NCBI GenBank assembly: GCA_030141605.1 | Contig: JAQGDQ010000806.1 | Location: 29,563 to 93,562, forward strand | Reading direction: 5' to 3' | DNA from: Tubiluchus corallicola | Lineage: Eukaryota > Animalia > Priapulida | DNA: 64,000 bases | Shown: positions 51,885 to 64,000 of the stretch, one piece after another | How the letters are laid out: the number at the start of each line of letters is the position of its first letter | Position numbering within the stretch: the first letter of the stretch is position 1 | Notes under the pieces: model-generated | Told to the model about the DNA's origin: nothing | What the model saw: only the letters and a program-made list of their open reading frames with translations | Databases searched by the model: none | Program-made: the position numbers and the translations under genes

Positions 51885-54640
51885 CCTTTATCTTACCGCG
51901 TATACTTCTAGCTGTCCGTTTTTATTCATTTTTACATGGATGTGTTCTATTAACATACCTATTGTATATAACAAGTTTCAGGCAAATCCCTTCACGGGTT
52001 ACGGAGATATGGAATGTTCCATTTATGGAACATTGGGAAGATCAGCACGTATTACTTACAAAAGGACACACTGAAGATTGACGCATGTTGCATTGCATTT
52101 TCGATGTTTATTTACAGCAATACCATGACAACACAATGTATGTATACAGCACATGATATTTCTTCATGTGCACGACTGAACATGCACATCACACTGCATG
52201 TGCATATACACCTCGCCCTAGCGACGGTGGTACACTATAAAGCAGTCCTGCCTGTGGAGCCGCACTCCACACTTGTTGCACATTCGTTTCGTGTTTGTTT
52301 TACATACTTTACATCGTCCCTGAGTCGTTGTCACAGCCTGGTGATTTCGACCATCAAACCTCGCGTCGACTGGAAGGCTCATAGGCCCGTGACCTACGCC
52401 TCGAACAGCAAATGGTTCAGTGTCCGCTTTTAGTAGGCACAGAGCCACATTCCGCCGAAAGTCCAAATGAGTCATCACTGTCTCACGATGAAGGACACAG
52501 GAAAGCCGCCACGCTACAACAATGGCTACGTTCACTGCATTTAGGAAGAATGGCCAGTACCACTTTTTTCCTCTGATCATTGGCCTGTACGATCCTAGAA
52601 GGCGATCAAATAGGTCCACTCCACCCATACCCTGATTGTATACATTGACAAGGTGAGGCTGGGCAACGTCCTTCTCTCCCCCTTTGTTCTCCTTTTCACC
52701 TGGTGAATCGGAAGATGGTTTTGATAGTTGCTAGCTACCGCTACAACTGAATTGTCGTTCCACATTGTTACGTAGACATTGCCATCTGACCTGTAATCAA
52801 ATGTGCCCCTATCCTTATTGACAAGTTCTTTCTTGGAAATCATAGATTTCGAAGCACCACGTGTTCTGTTTTCTCGGACAGTTCCTGTTGCTTTCAAGTT
52901 TGCCGCAGACAAATCACTCAACAGATCATATGAAGTAAAAAATTATCAAAGAACAGTTCGTGGCGGCGAACGTCCGAGTTTTCCGACATAACCTTCACCA
53001 TATTCTGTACAACTCGATTTCCTAACGGGATGTCACGGTCTGCACCCTCTTCCTTCCCTTGGTACAGTCGCATTGCATGTGTGTAGCCGTCAGCACCGCA
53101 GAAACACCATATTTTGTACCCAAATCTGATGGGCTTTCCTTTTATGTACATCTTGCCCCGGTGTCGCCCAAAATAAGGCACCATGCTTTCGTCTACGCTC
53201 AAAAGATTGTGGAACACACCAAACCGAACAATGTTGGCATTGAGAACGTCATTACTTTTGCGAACTTATTTCCACGAGCAAGCTTCTGATTATCGGCGAA
53301 GTGAATGTACCTTTTTATTTCCTGAAACCTGTTTCTGCTCATTGCGTTGGAAATGACTGGAACTCCCAAATCAGGTTGTGTTGACCAGTAGTGGTGTTCT
53401 TCAGGAAGACTGTGGTAACCTGACACAACTAGACATCTGATGAACCGTCGTACTTCTGATTTTGTGATTGTAAAGTTGGGCTTGTTTTTATCCCGACATG
53501 CGTAGTGTCTGCTCAACAACATCATTCATCAAGTTGTCGGCAAAGATTTCTCTCCACAACTCGTATGGAGTCTCGCCTTCCAATGCATTCAGTTCATCAG
53601 ACAACGTGATATCAGCAGTGGGTAATATCTTGTCGAAGTCAGTTTTCTTTCTCCAATTTGGAAGTTGTCTTCGTTCTCCACGACGGGCGGATTTACTTGG
53701 TGGTTCTTCATTCTCGACTACATCGTCATCCGCTTCCTCCTCCACTTCCATCTCTCCCGCCGGCTCGAAGTCAACATCTTCTTGGCTGTCCTCCAAATCA
53801 CTGTCTTGATCAGCTTCGTCTCCTGCGGCGGGAGGAAGCAGGACCACGTTGACTGGGTGTTCACTCTGTTCCAGTGTGTCGCGTGCCTCCGCTAGAGTAC
53901 GAACACGTGAGGACTTTCTCCCGTAGAAGAACGTGGTATCCATAACCTTGAAAACTTTGGTCGAGCTCTATTTAGGTCAACTTACAACACACTATGCTAA
54001 TAACGTAACACACGCTAAATTAGATAAATTACAATTTACATTGACTACAATAGCTAGAACAATAGCAAAAATACGTGTTTTGTAACGCTGGTATCCACAA
54101 AATGTTGTGTTTCACTCAACTTGTTAGGAAAGTATCAAGAACAATGGCAGTGAGCGCTACCCTACTTGGCAATAAACTGCACACTGTCTACTGCACACTG
54201 TAAGCATGACTGTGGGGAGCCACGCTCCACTGTACACTGCAACCTAAAACGTGCTGATCCTACCAATGTTCCATAAATGGAACATCAAAATATTACAGTA
54301 TTTTTTTAGTACTTAGCAACCGAATGTACGATCTGTTATATTGCCAATCAATACCTTGGAGTGTGAGCTTTTAGGCAGTGCAGCCAATTTCCACTGAAGT
54401 TCACTCTGCACTTTTTCAGGCCAATTTGAAATTGCGCGGTCAAATTTCGTATTTTTAGGCCTTAGTTGGGCAACCATGAAAAATTTGAATCTCAATATAA
54501 AAAGTTCAGTTTCCCAACAAAGTAAGAGACATGTCAGGACATCACGATAGAGGTAGAATTGCCTCGATAAATTAAGCATGTAAGCTGCGATGGCGCCATA
54601 AAAAGTATGTTCCATTTATGGAACATTGGTAAGATAAAGG
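51885..54640 (-). mobile_element. Full-length piggyBac DNA transposon, 2756 bp
   Basis: TTAA TSDs (51881-51884, 54641-54644); perfect 13-bp TIRs CCTTTATCTTACC / GGTAAGATAAAGG; internal inverted repeats ~52014-52050 / 54249-54285; transposase coding region. Confidence 0.96.
52218..53943 (-). pseudogene. piggyBac transposase (PGBD2/PGBD3-like), split by about four frameshifts
   Basis: Five consecutive ORF pieces: acidic N-terminus, LSVDESMVPYFGRH..KPIRFGYKIW, LFFDNF, MGGVDLFD (DDD triad) and a C-terminal CKVC..CNKC..LH..CF Cys-rich domain. Confidence 0.93.
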
Positions 54641-57637
54641 TTAAGGGTCTTTGTACAGACACCAGTTGGGTTATTATAAAGTTTAATTAACTTTTTGATC
54701 TTATGTCATTCAGATGTGAACCTACATCGGTGTCGAAGGTTATTTCATTATTCATTGATCGTGTCACGTAAACTGTCATTATTTCTCATAGATGGAATCC
54801 ATGAACAATTTAGACTACAAGGCGCACATGAAACAAAACAACAAATACTAACACTAACATTAACATAATTAGCCTACCTAATTAAATGTTAGCATTTTGA
54901 TGCCACCTGTAAGAAAGCAAACTTTGCACTTGCAGATGCTTGTCTCCCAGGGTGTCTATATCATTATACTTATTATTATTTATTATTATTATATTATGCT
55001 TTGCCAAGTGATTGAATATAGAGACTTAAATACACGAAAATAAACGTTATTGTAAGTATGTTACTTCATCTAGTCCATTTTACAAAACCTCTGCTGTAAA
55101 ATAGACTTGAAATTGAAGCTCCGCCTCTCGCACAGAGAGTGAGCACGGTACCACTGAGCTGTTTAACTTGACTATTTTGACAGGTGATTATATTTAACAA
55201 TGTTTATTTGATTCAAAGTGGTAATCTTTGAATGAGGTTCTACAAGGACATCAAACTATAAAGTGATTATCTGAATTTGGTTGTTTTTTTTAATTGTAAT
55301 CAAGTTTCAGTTAATTTTAGGTTAGTGTCTAACTGTTTTAATTGCCTTCTACTTTTCTGATACATTTGATTAAGTTTGAAATCACGTGCTTGATAAATCG
55401 CTTTTAAAGCATAATTTCTGCATGTAGCTGTTTTTATGTAATTAAGATATGGTTATATTACCAGATTGCCATCTCCATCACAGCAGAGTCTTAACAATTT
55501 CGCCCAATATTTCTGGTTGGTGATGTAGTAACTTTACAAAAATTACGATATCACATTTTGCATTTAGCAGACTAGATTTACTGATGCCCTGTCTTGTTTT
55601 TTATCATGTTATCACAAGATCGATAAAGCCCAGGAATCACAGTGAAAATTTGAGTAAATGAGCCAAGCTAAAGCATTTTTATGAAGGTTAAACTTTGGGT
55701 GAATTGAATTTCTCAAATACGATTTGTAAACATGATTCGTGATCAAGAAGTGGAAAATATTAATATTTTTCAACTAATTGCAACCAACAAATTCAGTACA
55801 TCTCTCAAAGACCCTTTAAATTCTATATTTGTTTTTAAACAGAGTCGAATAGTTTTACTTCTTTGTGTTAAACTCAGAAAAAATGTTTTCACATGTTTCA
55901 GAATTCTTAAGTAAACTAGTTGCACGCTGTTTAAATACTGGAAAGAATGGGTTAAAAGACAGAAAAAATTATCAATAGATGGGAGAAGCTTTTTTGTTTA
56001 ATTAAGCTGCCTACCTGGAACTCCCAGGGAAAGAGTAAAGAAGAGATGGAAAGCAAATACAGACAAGCATTTCAATAGAATGCAGAAGCTCTTTTGTTTG
56101 GTTAAGCTGCCTACCTGGAACTCCCAGAGGAAGAGTTAACAAAAGATGGAAAGCATATACTTTGCTGCAGTTAAGAAACGCATATAATAATCACCAATGA
56201 TTTGGAGCAGGACTACGTTTCACATGCAAAATATTGAAAATTAGAGATACTTTAAACATTCCCATGGGAAGGGGATTTTAACTAAATTGTGCTACACGGT
56301 ATTAACACATCTGCAACTTACTGACAGTTTGTAATTCTCCTTTGCCAGAGATTTATTGAACAAATTCAATTGGTTTCACAAAAAATCTAAATTCTCAGGA
56401 TTGTTTCGTGGTCAAAGATGTCTCAACGAGGGCTATTTTATCAAAAACGCTAATTTATTACTTATGGTTTATTATAATAGTCCTGTTGGACTATAGTCAA
56501 TATTTAACACCTTCTGTGAGTAAAATTTGCTAAACTTTTGAGTTTATAGTTTATACAAAACTGGAGATCATAGTTCATAAAACTGCAGATTTCTGTAAAT
56601 ATATAATGTTGTTCAGTGTAGAAACCTTGAAAGAAATTTTTAAATTTAATCTTTGTAATTGATATTAAACTTGAATAAATCGTTTTGCTGTTCTCTCAGG
56701 AGTGCACTCGCATTTTAGAATTCCTGTGAAAAATCAACACATGAGAACAACACATGAAGGGGAGCCTGGAATACAGAACGAAAAATAATTTCCTGACATA
56801 TAGGACAATTTTCGAGCGTTTATAAAAAAAATAACCGCAAAGGTTTATGCTAAGAAAAGATATGCTAATTTTTATGGGCAAATTTAACATCTGTATTTTT
56901 ATTTAATGCTCACGCTATAGTTGTGCCAGTAAAAGGGCTCGCCTATGTTACAGAGAAACTGATAATGTCACTATGAAAATGTCTGCAAAAAAGGCCCCGG
57001 GACAGGTTTATGAATAAAAAAAACTTTAACAGACCTAGCTAAATAAAACCCTGGTCCTTAATCTTGTCGATCCACCCCCCAAAAAAAACTCCTGGTCCAT
57101 GGGCCACTGACCCCCACGCCCCTCTCTCATCAGACCTAGATCTTAGTAATACCTTAGTAGCAAAACAGTAAACATTGGCATGAAAAATGCTCCTGAAATA
57201 GCTAAAGTGATGGAGACATACCATTAAAACAATGTAAATAAACAATGCCAACAGACAGTTTGCCAAATGGTGCTTACATTCTCAGTCCTGATATGTACTT
57301 GGAAAGATTCTGAAGTATTGGCAAACAGAAAAACGAAAGCTACACTCAACTCGGTCGCAGGCTTAATAATAGCCTACGAGATTATCACAAAGCTCTCGGT
57401 GTTTCTACCTGTGAGGGGGTTTGTCAAATTGATGCAATTGAACAGATACTTTCCTTGATACCGAATGACTTGGTTGCATGACTACGGAGGAAAACTTTTC
57501 TGAAATTAGAAGAACTTACGGAAAATAAAAATAAAACATGTAAATTGTATGTATTATAAACAATGTCACAATGTAATATCCAAAGGGTAATGTTGGATCA
57601 TGATTTCATCATGAATTCAATATTCATACACTCGCAC

Positions 57638-57678
<41 letters not shown>

Positions 57679-57913
57679 GTTCACTATATTTAACACAAGG
57701 ATCGATAATGCGTATGTGTTCAAGGACGAATCGGAGTTTTTCAAGCCGCTAGCCATTAACACTTTCCCTGGCGTCATTCCCAGGTGTTCGGGGGAGTGTA
57801 ATTTACACAAGATGTTAAAATGTGGGAAAATATTTTCTTTGCTTCAGAACCACTCTCAGCAATTATCCCAGCTCAAAATCAACAACAGAACTTGAATCTT
57901 AGAATTCCACTTG

Positions 57914-58066
57914 TAAAGAGCCTTTTGTTCAGGTGGCTGAGCACTTAAAACTTTCTCCGTCATATAAAGAACCCTTTGTTCAGGTGGCTGAGCATTTAAA
58001 ACTTTCTCTGTCATATAAAGAGCCCTTTGTTCAGGTGGCTGAGCACTTAAGACTTTCTCCATCTTA
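57914..58066. repeat. 51-bp tandem repeat x3 (x2 in the paralog at ~33130-33230)
   Basis: TAAAGAGCCTTTTGTTCAGGTGGCTGAGCACTTAAAACTTTCTCCGTCATA repeated. Confidence 0.9.
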
Positions 58067-59624
58067 TCCAAACAGCAATTATTGTTAGGCGGTTTCACCC
58101 TTTATTATCACAAGAAAAGCTTTTAGCCCAATATTTGCTATACAAACAGTTTGAAAAGCTTCTTTCAATCTTAACAAAACATGTTTCCCAGGGCGATATA
58201 TTATGACAAGCATTACATCCAACAAAAATAACAGAACACACCTGCGCTTTGATAACAAAACTTTATTTCCAGCTCTCAAACAAAACTGCTTTTGATCTTC
58301 TGTCGCTAAATGACAATAATGGAAAAGCTGAGAGGTTTACTTGATAAGTAGCAAGGGAGGAATTAATGCACTACAGATACTTTCAGCTAAATGGATGGGT
58401 GGCTGCTGTGACAATTTCATATATTATGTTAGTTTTTACAGTACTTAGAAAAATGGAAACAGAGAATAAGGCAGTTCTACCAGCTCAGGTTTCTATGAAA
58501 ATGTCTGCAAAATTTATTCACACCATTGGGGTTTTCAGTAATACCTTTATACCAAAACAGCGAACATTAGCATGAAAACGGACATTTCTCCGCATTCATT
58601 TTTGGCTAGTGTACATGGATGGAGAATATAATTTACCAAAACATGTGGGTCTGCGTAGAGTGTGGTAAAGACATGGTGCACTCGCATACATGCTAGAGCA
58701 GTGAGTGTAGCGATGCGTGTATGGAAGCAACGTCGCACATGATAGCTCATGGGTAAGAGTGATTGACAGCATGCATGACCAGCAATGGCAGATGCTCCAA
58801 TTGGCTGAATAGCTTTGTGTAATATCAGTGAGCCATCTATTGTACAAAATCGCAACTAATACATCACCTACAATATGGTACCATAGAAAAACCAATAATT
58901 AACAAACAGTGTTCACTAACAATTATATGATATTAGGTAGATTTAGTATTACGCATTTAAAATCAAAATTAATATGCAGTCTTGAAGTAAGATTTGTAAT
59001 AATATAACAGCTCCAATTGGCCGAATAGTATCGGGCAATGTCAGACAGCCATCTGCTGTACAAAATTGCAACTATTGTAACAGCTACAATATATCGTGAT
59101 CGCTGCTTAGTGAGAGCAGTTTCTCCTGAACCCACGCAAGGTGCAGAAAGTGCACACTGTTTTGAAGGAGTCAACCAGGTGAAACTAGGTACTAATTTAT
59201 CAAATGAAAAGTATTGATGAGACAAATCAAGTAGCACAAGTCATGCTGACACTGGCTGGTCTCTGACTGAAAAATGAGGATCGAAAAAATTTATCAATTT
59301 ATTTATTTATTGCCAATTTTTCTTGTTTTCTCTACGAGCTGTCCGAGAGAAAGAAACACAACAGAGTTGCGCCGAGGTTGAGTGGCCTTTAACTGGATCA
59401 CAGGTTGAATATTACAAATAGCAATTTCTTTATGAATTGCAGTCGCTATGCATTCAAGGCAAAGTCAAATCAATAGAGCAAAAAATTAGAACTTTCAAAG
59501 AAAAATATGGCGTTTTTTTTTCTGTGTCCAATTCTGTAAATCTTGAATATAAGGTTTGCAAAATCTTAAGTTTTAAATCACGTCAGAAACGTTTTCAACT
59601 ATCCCTTATATTAATATTCATGGT

Positions 59625-60417
59625 ATATATATATATATATATATTTATTTATATGTATATAAGATTCGAGGCTACAGCCCGGACGAGGGCACCATTTGCG
59701 GCGATCTATACATCAAACGAAAGGTCTCGATCTAGTGTCGTGCCATTGATGGTTTATTTTTCGAATGGGGCCCACCGGGAGGAACGGGGGTGAAAAACCT
59801 CCAAAAATGGCCCTTTTTCGGCCATTCTTTGCAAAAGTTATACGGCTGAGATGTTGAGAACGGGAACGGGCCGAGGGTGGTGCTAGGTATGGATAGATAG
59901 CCCGTTCAGCGGTGGGTGTAGTAGGCATATTTAGAATTCCCGAGAGGGCCACGGCGTCCCGTAACGGGCGTTTTCCCGGACCCAACTCGCGATTTTTTCG
60001 AAATTTTGACCAAACAGCATGCGGGAAAAACGTTCTAGCGTCGCCTGGTGGGACTCTCGGAAGGAGATATATACCTCTTTACAAAGAGGAAGGACAGGGC
60101 TACACGATAATGTGGGGTATATTTTAGGGCAGGTCCACCGAGAGGAGTATCAACGAGTTAGTTAGGAGTTCTATTTTCGGCAATTTTCACTTAGAAAACT
60201 GCTGACGCAAAGGCATTGTTGTGACGTCATCCATTGTATTCTGTCTATAATCTTATAACTTTAATTCAGTAAAAAGCTACAGGCTTTGCGTTAGTTAAAC
60301 AAACAGTAGGCACGATGTTACGGGCTTTGTGTTATAAATGTGGACTAGGTAGGATGTTCGCGTATTATTGATTACACGTGTATTTATACGCAAAATCTTT
60401 TGCGGGACCTTTGCTAT
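59625..60417 (+). mobile_element. Helitron-like non-autonomous element
   Basis: (TA)n-rich 5' start; 3' hairpin CGCAAAA-TC-TTTTGCG (60389-60404) about 10 nt before a CTAT end; no TIR or TSD; absent from the paralogous block near 44890, so an insertion. Confidence 0.6.
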
Positions 60418-60559
60418 TTATTATATTATAGCACATAGTTCAACTTTGTGAAAAATGTTTGGAATGGTTTTGTTGTAATGCTGTGCTGTTGGTGCTTGTG
60501 CTATAGGTGTTGTCATCGTTGCCACCATCATCATCATCATCATCAACATCATGATCACC

Positions 60560-61295
60560 ACGTGAGGTGGTGGATTTGATGTGGTGTGGTGGGGTGATAG
60601 GGTGTGTGGGGTGTGGTGTGGGTAGTGTGGTATGGAGTGGGTGGCATGGTGTGTGGGTGGGTGGGTGTTGTGGTGCGGTGTGGTGTTATGGTGTGGTGCA
60701 GTGCAGTGTGATGTGGTGGAGTATTATGGTGTGGGTGGTGTGGTGTGGTGTGTGGGTGGTGCGGTGTGGTGTGGTGCAGTGGTATGGTGTGGTGCAGTGT
60801 GGTGTGATGTGGTGGAGTCGTATGGTGTGGTTGGTGTGGTGTGGTATGTGGGTCGTGCGGTGTGCTGCAGTGGTATGTTGTGGTGCAGTGGGGTGTGATG
60901 TGGTGGAGTGGTATGGTGTGGGTGGTGTGGTGTGTAGGTGGGTGGGTGGTGTGGTGCAGTGTGGTGTTATGGTGTGGTGCTGTGCGGTGTGATGTGGTGG
61001 AGTATTATGGTGTGGGTGGTGTGTTGTGGTGTGTGGGTGGTGCAGTGCAGTGGTATGGTGTGGTGCAGTGTGGTGTGATGTGGTGGAGTGGTATGGTGTG
61101 GGTGGTGTGGTGTGTAGGTGGTATGGTGTGGTGCGGTGTGGTGGAGCGGTATGGTGTGGTGTGGTGTGTAGGTGGGTGGGTGGTGTGGTGCAGTGTGGTG
61201 TTATGGTGTGGTGCCGTGCGGTGTGATGCGGTGGAGTGGTATGGGGTGGTGCAGTGTGGTGTGATGAGGTGGAGTGGTGTGGTGTGTGTTTTGTG
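60560..61295. repeat. GT-rich minisatellite/low-complexity array (GTGGT pentamer-based with longer sub-repeats)
   Basis: Read directly; GTGGTGCAGTGTGGTGTGATGTGGTGGAGT recurs. Confidence 0.95.
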
Positions 61296-61524
61296 TTGAT
61301 TTGTGCACAAAATTCTTTTTGTGGGGTTTGGCTAGTTATAAATTATTACTATTGATCAAACTTATTTGTTAGTTTTACCTGGTAGCTGGCAGCACCTGGC
61401 TTTTTAAACAGATGTGAAACCAGTTTTTTACATAGGCCACGTCACGTGGCTCAAGAAGATAGGTGGCGTCAGTATTGTAAACAAAAATACCAAATGGCAA
61501 TGTTGGATCATGGAGTTCAACACA

Positions 61525-61528
61525 CATA

Positions 61529-61571
<43 letters not shown>
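61525..61571. repeat. (TA)n microsatellite
   Basis: Read directly from the sequence. Confidence 0.95.
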
Positions 61572-61573
<2 letters not shown>

Positions 61574-64000
61574 ATTGTTCGCTTAATTTAACACACAGAT
61601 CTATAATTTGTATGTGGCACTTCAATGACGATTCTGTTGGATGGCACAGCAATGTTACAGTGTTACAGTGTCTGCTGATGTCAAAACCTGCAATTTATTC
61701 ATCAGATATGGGCTATAATCTTCAATACAGCATGGCTTTGTACTGCCCGATTCGGAAAATACATCCACAGGTGCGAACCAATGGGTGGAGACCTTTCATT
61801 TGACGTCTAAATCGTCGAGAATGGTGCCGTCGCTGGAGCTGTAGGTTGGACAACTAAAACATATGGCTTTTTCTTTTCCAATTTTTCATTTTTTAAATCT
61901 CAAACACTAAAACAGCATGAAAGAGTGTAGCGAGGTATTAGCACAATAATTTTCTGGTAGACTGACGCCACCACTTGCTGAATAATTGTTAAACTGAGGT
62001 TTGATGCCATGTGTGCAGGCATCAGTTTTAGAATTATTGGGTTGGTTTGACAATTTTAGTTTGACACTTTACTAAGTGAGCGAGCAAACTAATTTAAATG
62101 ATCACTTTCCATCAAACTTATTTGCTTTCTATTTATTTGTAAAACCAGATTTTTTACTGGCCTACGTCAGGTGACTCAAGAACCAAGATGTGACCTGTTT
62201 CTGCTCTTTGAGGACAAATAATGATAAACTCCAGCTATGATGATGATAACTGTGCCAGTTTTCCTGCGCACCTGTACTGCCAGGTTTAACCCTTATCTGA
62301 CAATTGGTTAATTAAATTACACTAAAGACCAAGTTGATTAATAAGTTACCTCATAAAAATAACTGGGTGGAATGACCAACTGGCAAGTGAGGTTTAAAAC
62401 GTCAAGTTCTTGTAGCTATATGAGGCAGGAAAGACACAACAAGTGTTCCACCACATAACTATAGTGTTTGTGCTGTATTGTTTTTGCGTGGTTTGTCAAG
62501 TCTTGTGATATAATAGACTAATGATGTTCACTGCGTAATTCTCAGGCATTCTCTTCATCTTCACTTGCTCAATCTTGTAAACTTTCATCAATTTTAACTT
62601 TAACCACGTGTACAGCTCAAGTTCCTGCCACACAGAATGTCCTCAAACTTTAATACGAAATTTATTTAGCAAATCGCTTCAAAAATGTTTTTACAGAGCT
62701 GCTGGCTGCAGTTAGTTTTGTTGTTTGGACCACTTCTTAGTTGGTAAGGTAAACATATGGTGCTGCCAGAAAGAAAAACACTGCTATGTTATCTCAAAAA
62801 TTTTGACTATATAAAAGACCAGCCAGGTAATTCATTACACTACATCAGTACCTGGCATTCAGGCTTTGTAAAAAAAGCACGAACAATAGTTTTCTACAAA
62901 ACCAAGGTATTGTTGCATAACATATTGAAAGATATTTAATCACGACTAGTTTAATGATGTGTTTGTTGTATGTGTCAGTATGTGAGCAAATGTGAGCAAA
63001 CACAGCTAAGGTAATTTTTTACCCAACCTGTGTTGGCTACACTATTAGATTACTATAGGAGCTTTTAGTTATAAATTCTAAGTTTGATTTTTTTCATTAA
63101 AGGCTGCATATATGGACTGGCTTTTTAATATAGAACTATTTGCAGATTTCTTTAGAACGTCTTTTATTTCTGGAAAGTGAATCTGCATCTGAACTGGTAA
63201 CGCCCTTAAGTATAAACTCGCTAGGCGGATCCATGATGTCGTGTGTAGCAAGTAGAATCATCACTGCTGCTCTTGGATTTTTAATTAAATGTACACATCT
63301 TTAAAAATAAATGCATTTATTGTATTCATTTTGCATCAGTTAGCCATACTAGCATGCTTGACAAAGTTGCGGGTGAAAAAAAACACCTACTTACTACTCC
63401 CCTGGCGCCACCCCCAGCAGTAACAAGTTGCAATTTGCTTTGAAAAGTCATGTGACATTTTAGCATTTAATATTAGGAAATTCTGATGAAGCTTCCCTTT
63501 TCAGTTCTCCACTACAGCCAATTTCTCACCCGCACTGTTTTTTTACCAAGTCTTTCTTTTTGAGTTCCACATAATTCCAAAAACTTTTTCTGTTGTTACT
63601 CTGCTTTTTTAACTGGGCCTATTGGCTAAAATAATCAGAAGCTTTTGGCAAAATCTACAAGTATTAAATTTGTGAGCGCATAAAACGAAGTGAAATAACT
63701 GGTGTTAAATGTTTTAATTAGCGATGTCAGTATCTACGCGTGACATTATTCATGTCATGTGCATCATACTTATGAAGTATTTCATTTGCCTTGCAATCTT
63801 GCTAATGAATAACGGAATGTGTTGATGTGTGCTCTAGTGTTTTTCAGAACTTTGTGCATTATTGTAAGATTTTGAAGTGAAATTTAACTTCGGATATCGA
63901 TTTTAAGTGTAAAATTCATGATGTTTTCTCGAAATGTGAAAACCCCAGTTCCTGCTTTTCTCCGTGAGTAGAAAATTTTAGTCCATTTTGTGAATGTGTG

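Noticed and set aside
55105-55165. Degenerate tRNA-like head (AGCTCAGTGGTA... on the minus strand)
   Set aside because: B box is degraded and no SINE body or tail could be delimited.
58547-58895. Cys-rich ORFs (HELSCATLLP...) recurring at 30.9, 33.7, 43.4 and 58.6 kb as a small gene family
   Set aside because: The open frame differs between copies, and there are no consistent splice sites or start/stop positions; best explained as a duplicated non-coding block.
60567-61310. Val/Trp/Cys/Gly-rich ORFs on both strands
   Set aside because: Artefacts of the GTGGT minisatellite.

Overview
AT-rich, intron-containing animal (invertebrate-like) genomic DNA; no prokaryotic genes or CRISPR. Positions 1-22435 hold the middle of a minus-strand gene made of one-EGF-domain-per-exon modules (Notch/fibropellin-type calcium-binding EGF repeats). 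It has 17 intact phase-1/phase-1 exons of 111 or 114 nt, one exon cut by the window edge, and four broken exon copies. Directly upstream (22553-26572) lies a defective BEL/Pao-type LTR retrotransposon whose interior is a fold-back: two 856-bp inverted arms of leader+gag sequence around a 178-bp loop, with one breakpoint inside the primer-binding site. It is a candidate natural hairpin-RNA ('transposon-killer') locus and the most unusual structure here. The rest (26.6-64 kb) is a mosaic of decayed local duplications, with a full-length but frameshifted piggyBac element (51885-54640) carrying PGBD3/MER85-like 16-bp palindromes, hAT- and Kolobok-like MITEs, a Helitron-like repeat, LINE remnants and microsatellites; a tRNA-derived SINE lies in an EGF-gene intron (21886-22160). 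All alignments were done by eye, so boundaries given as approximate may be off by tens of bases.
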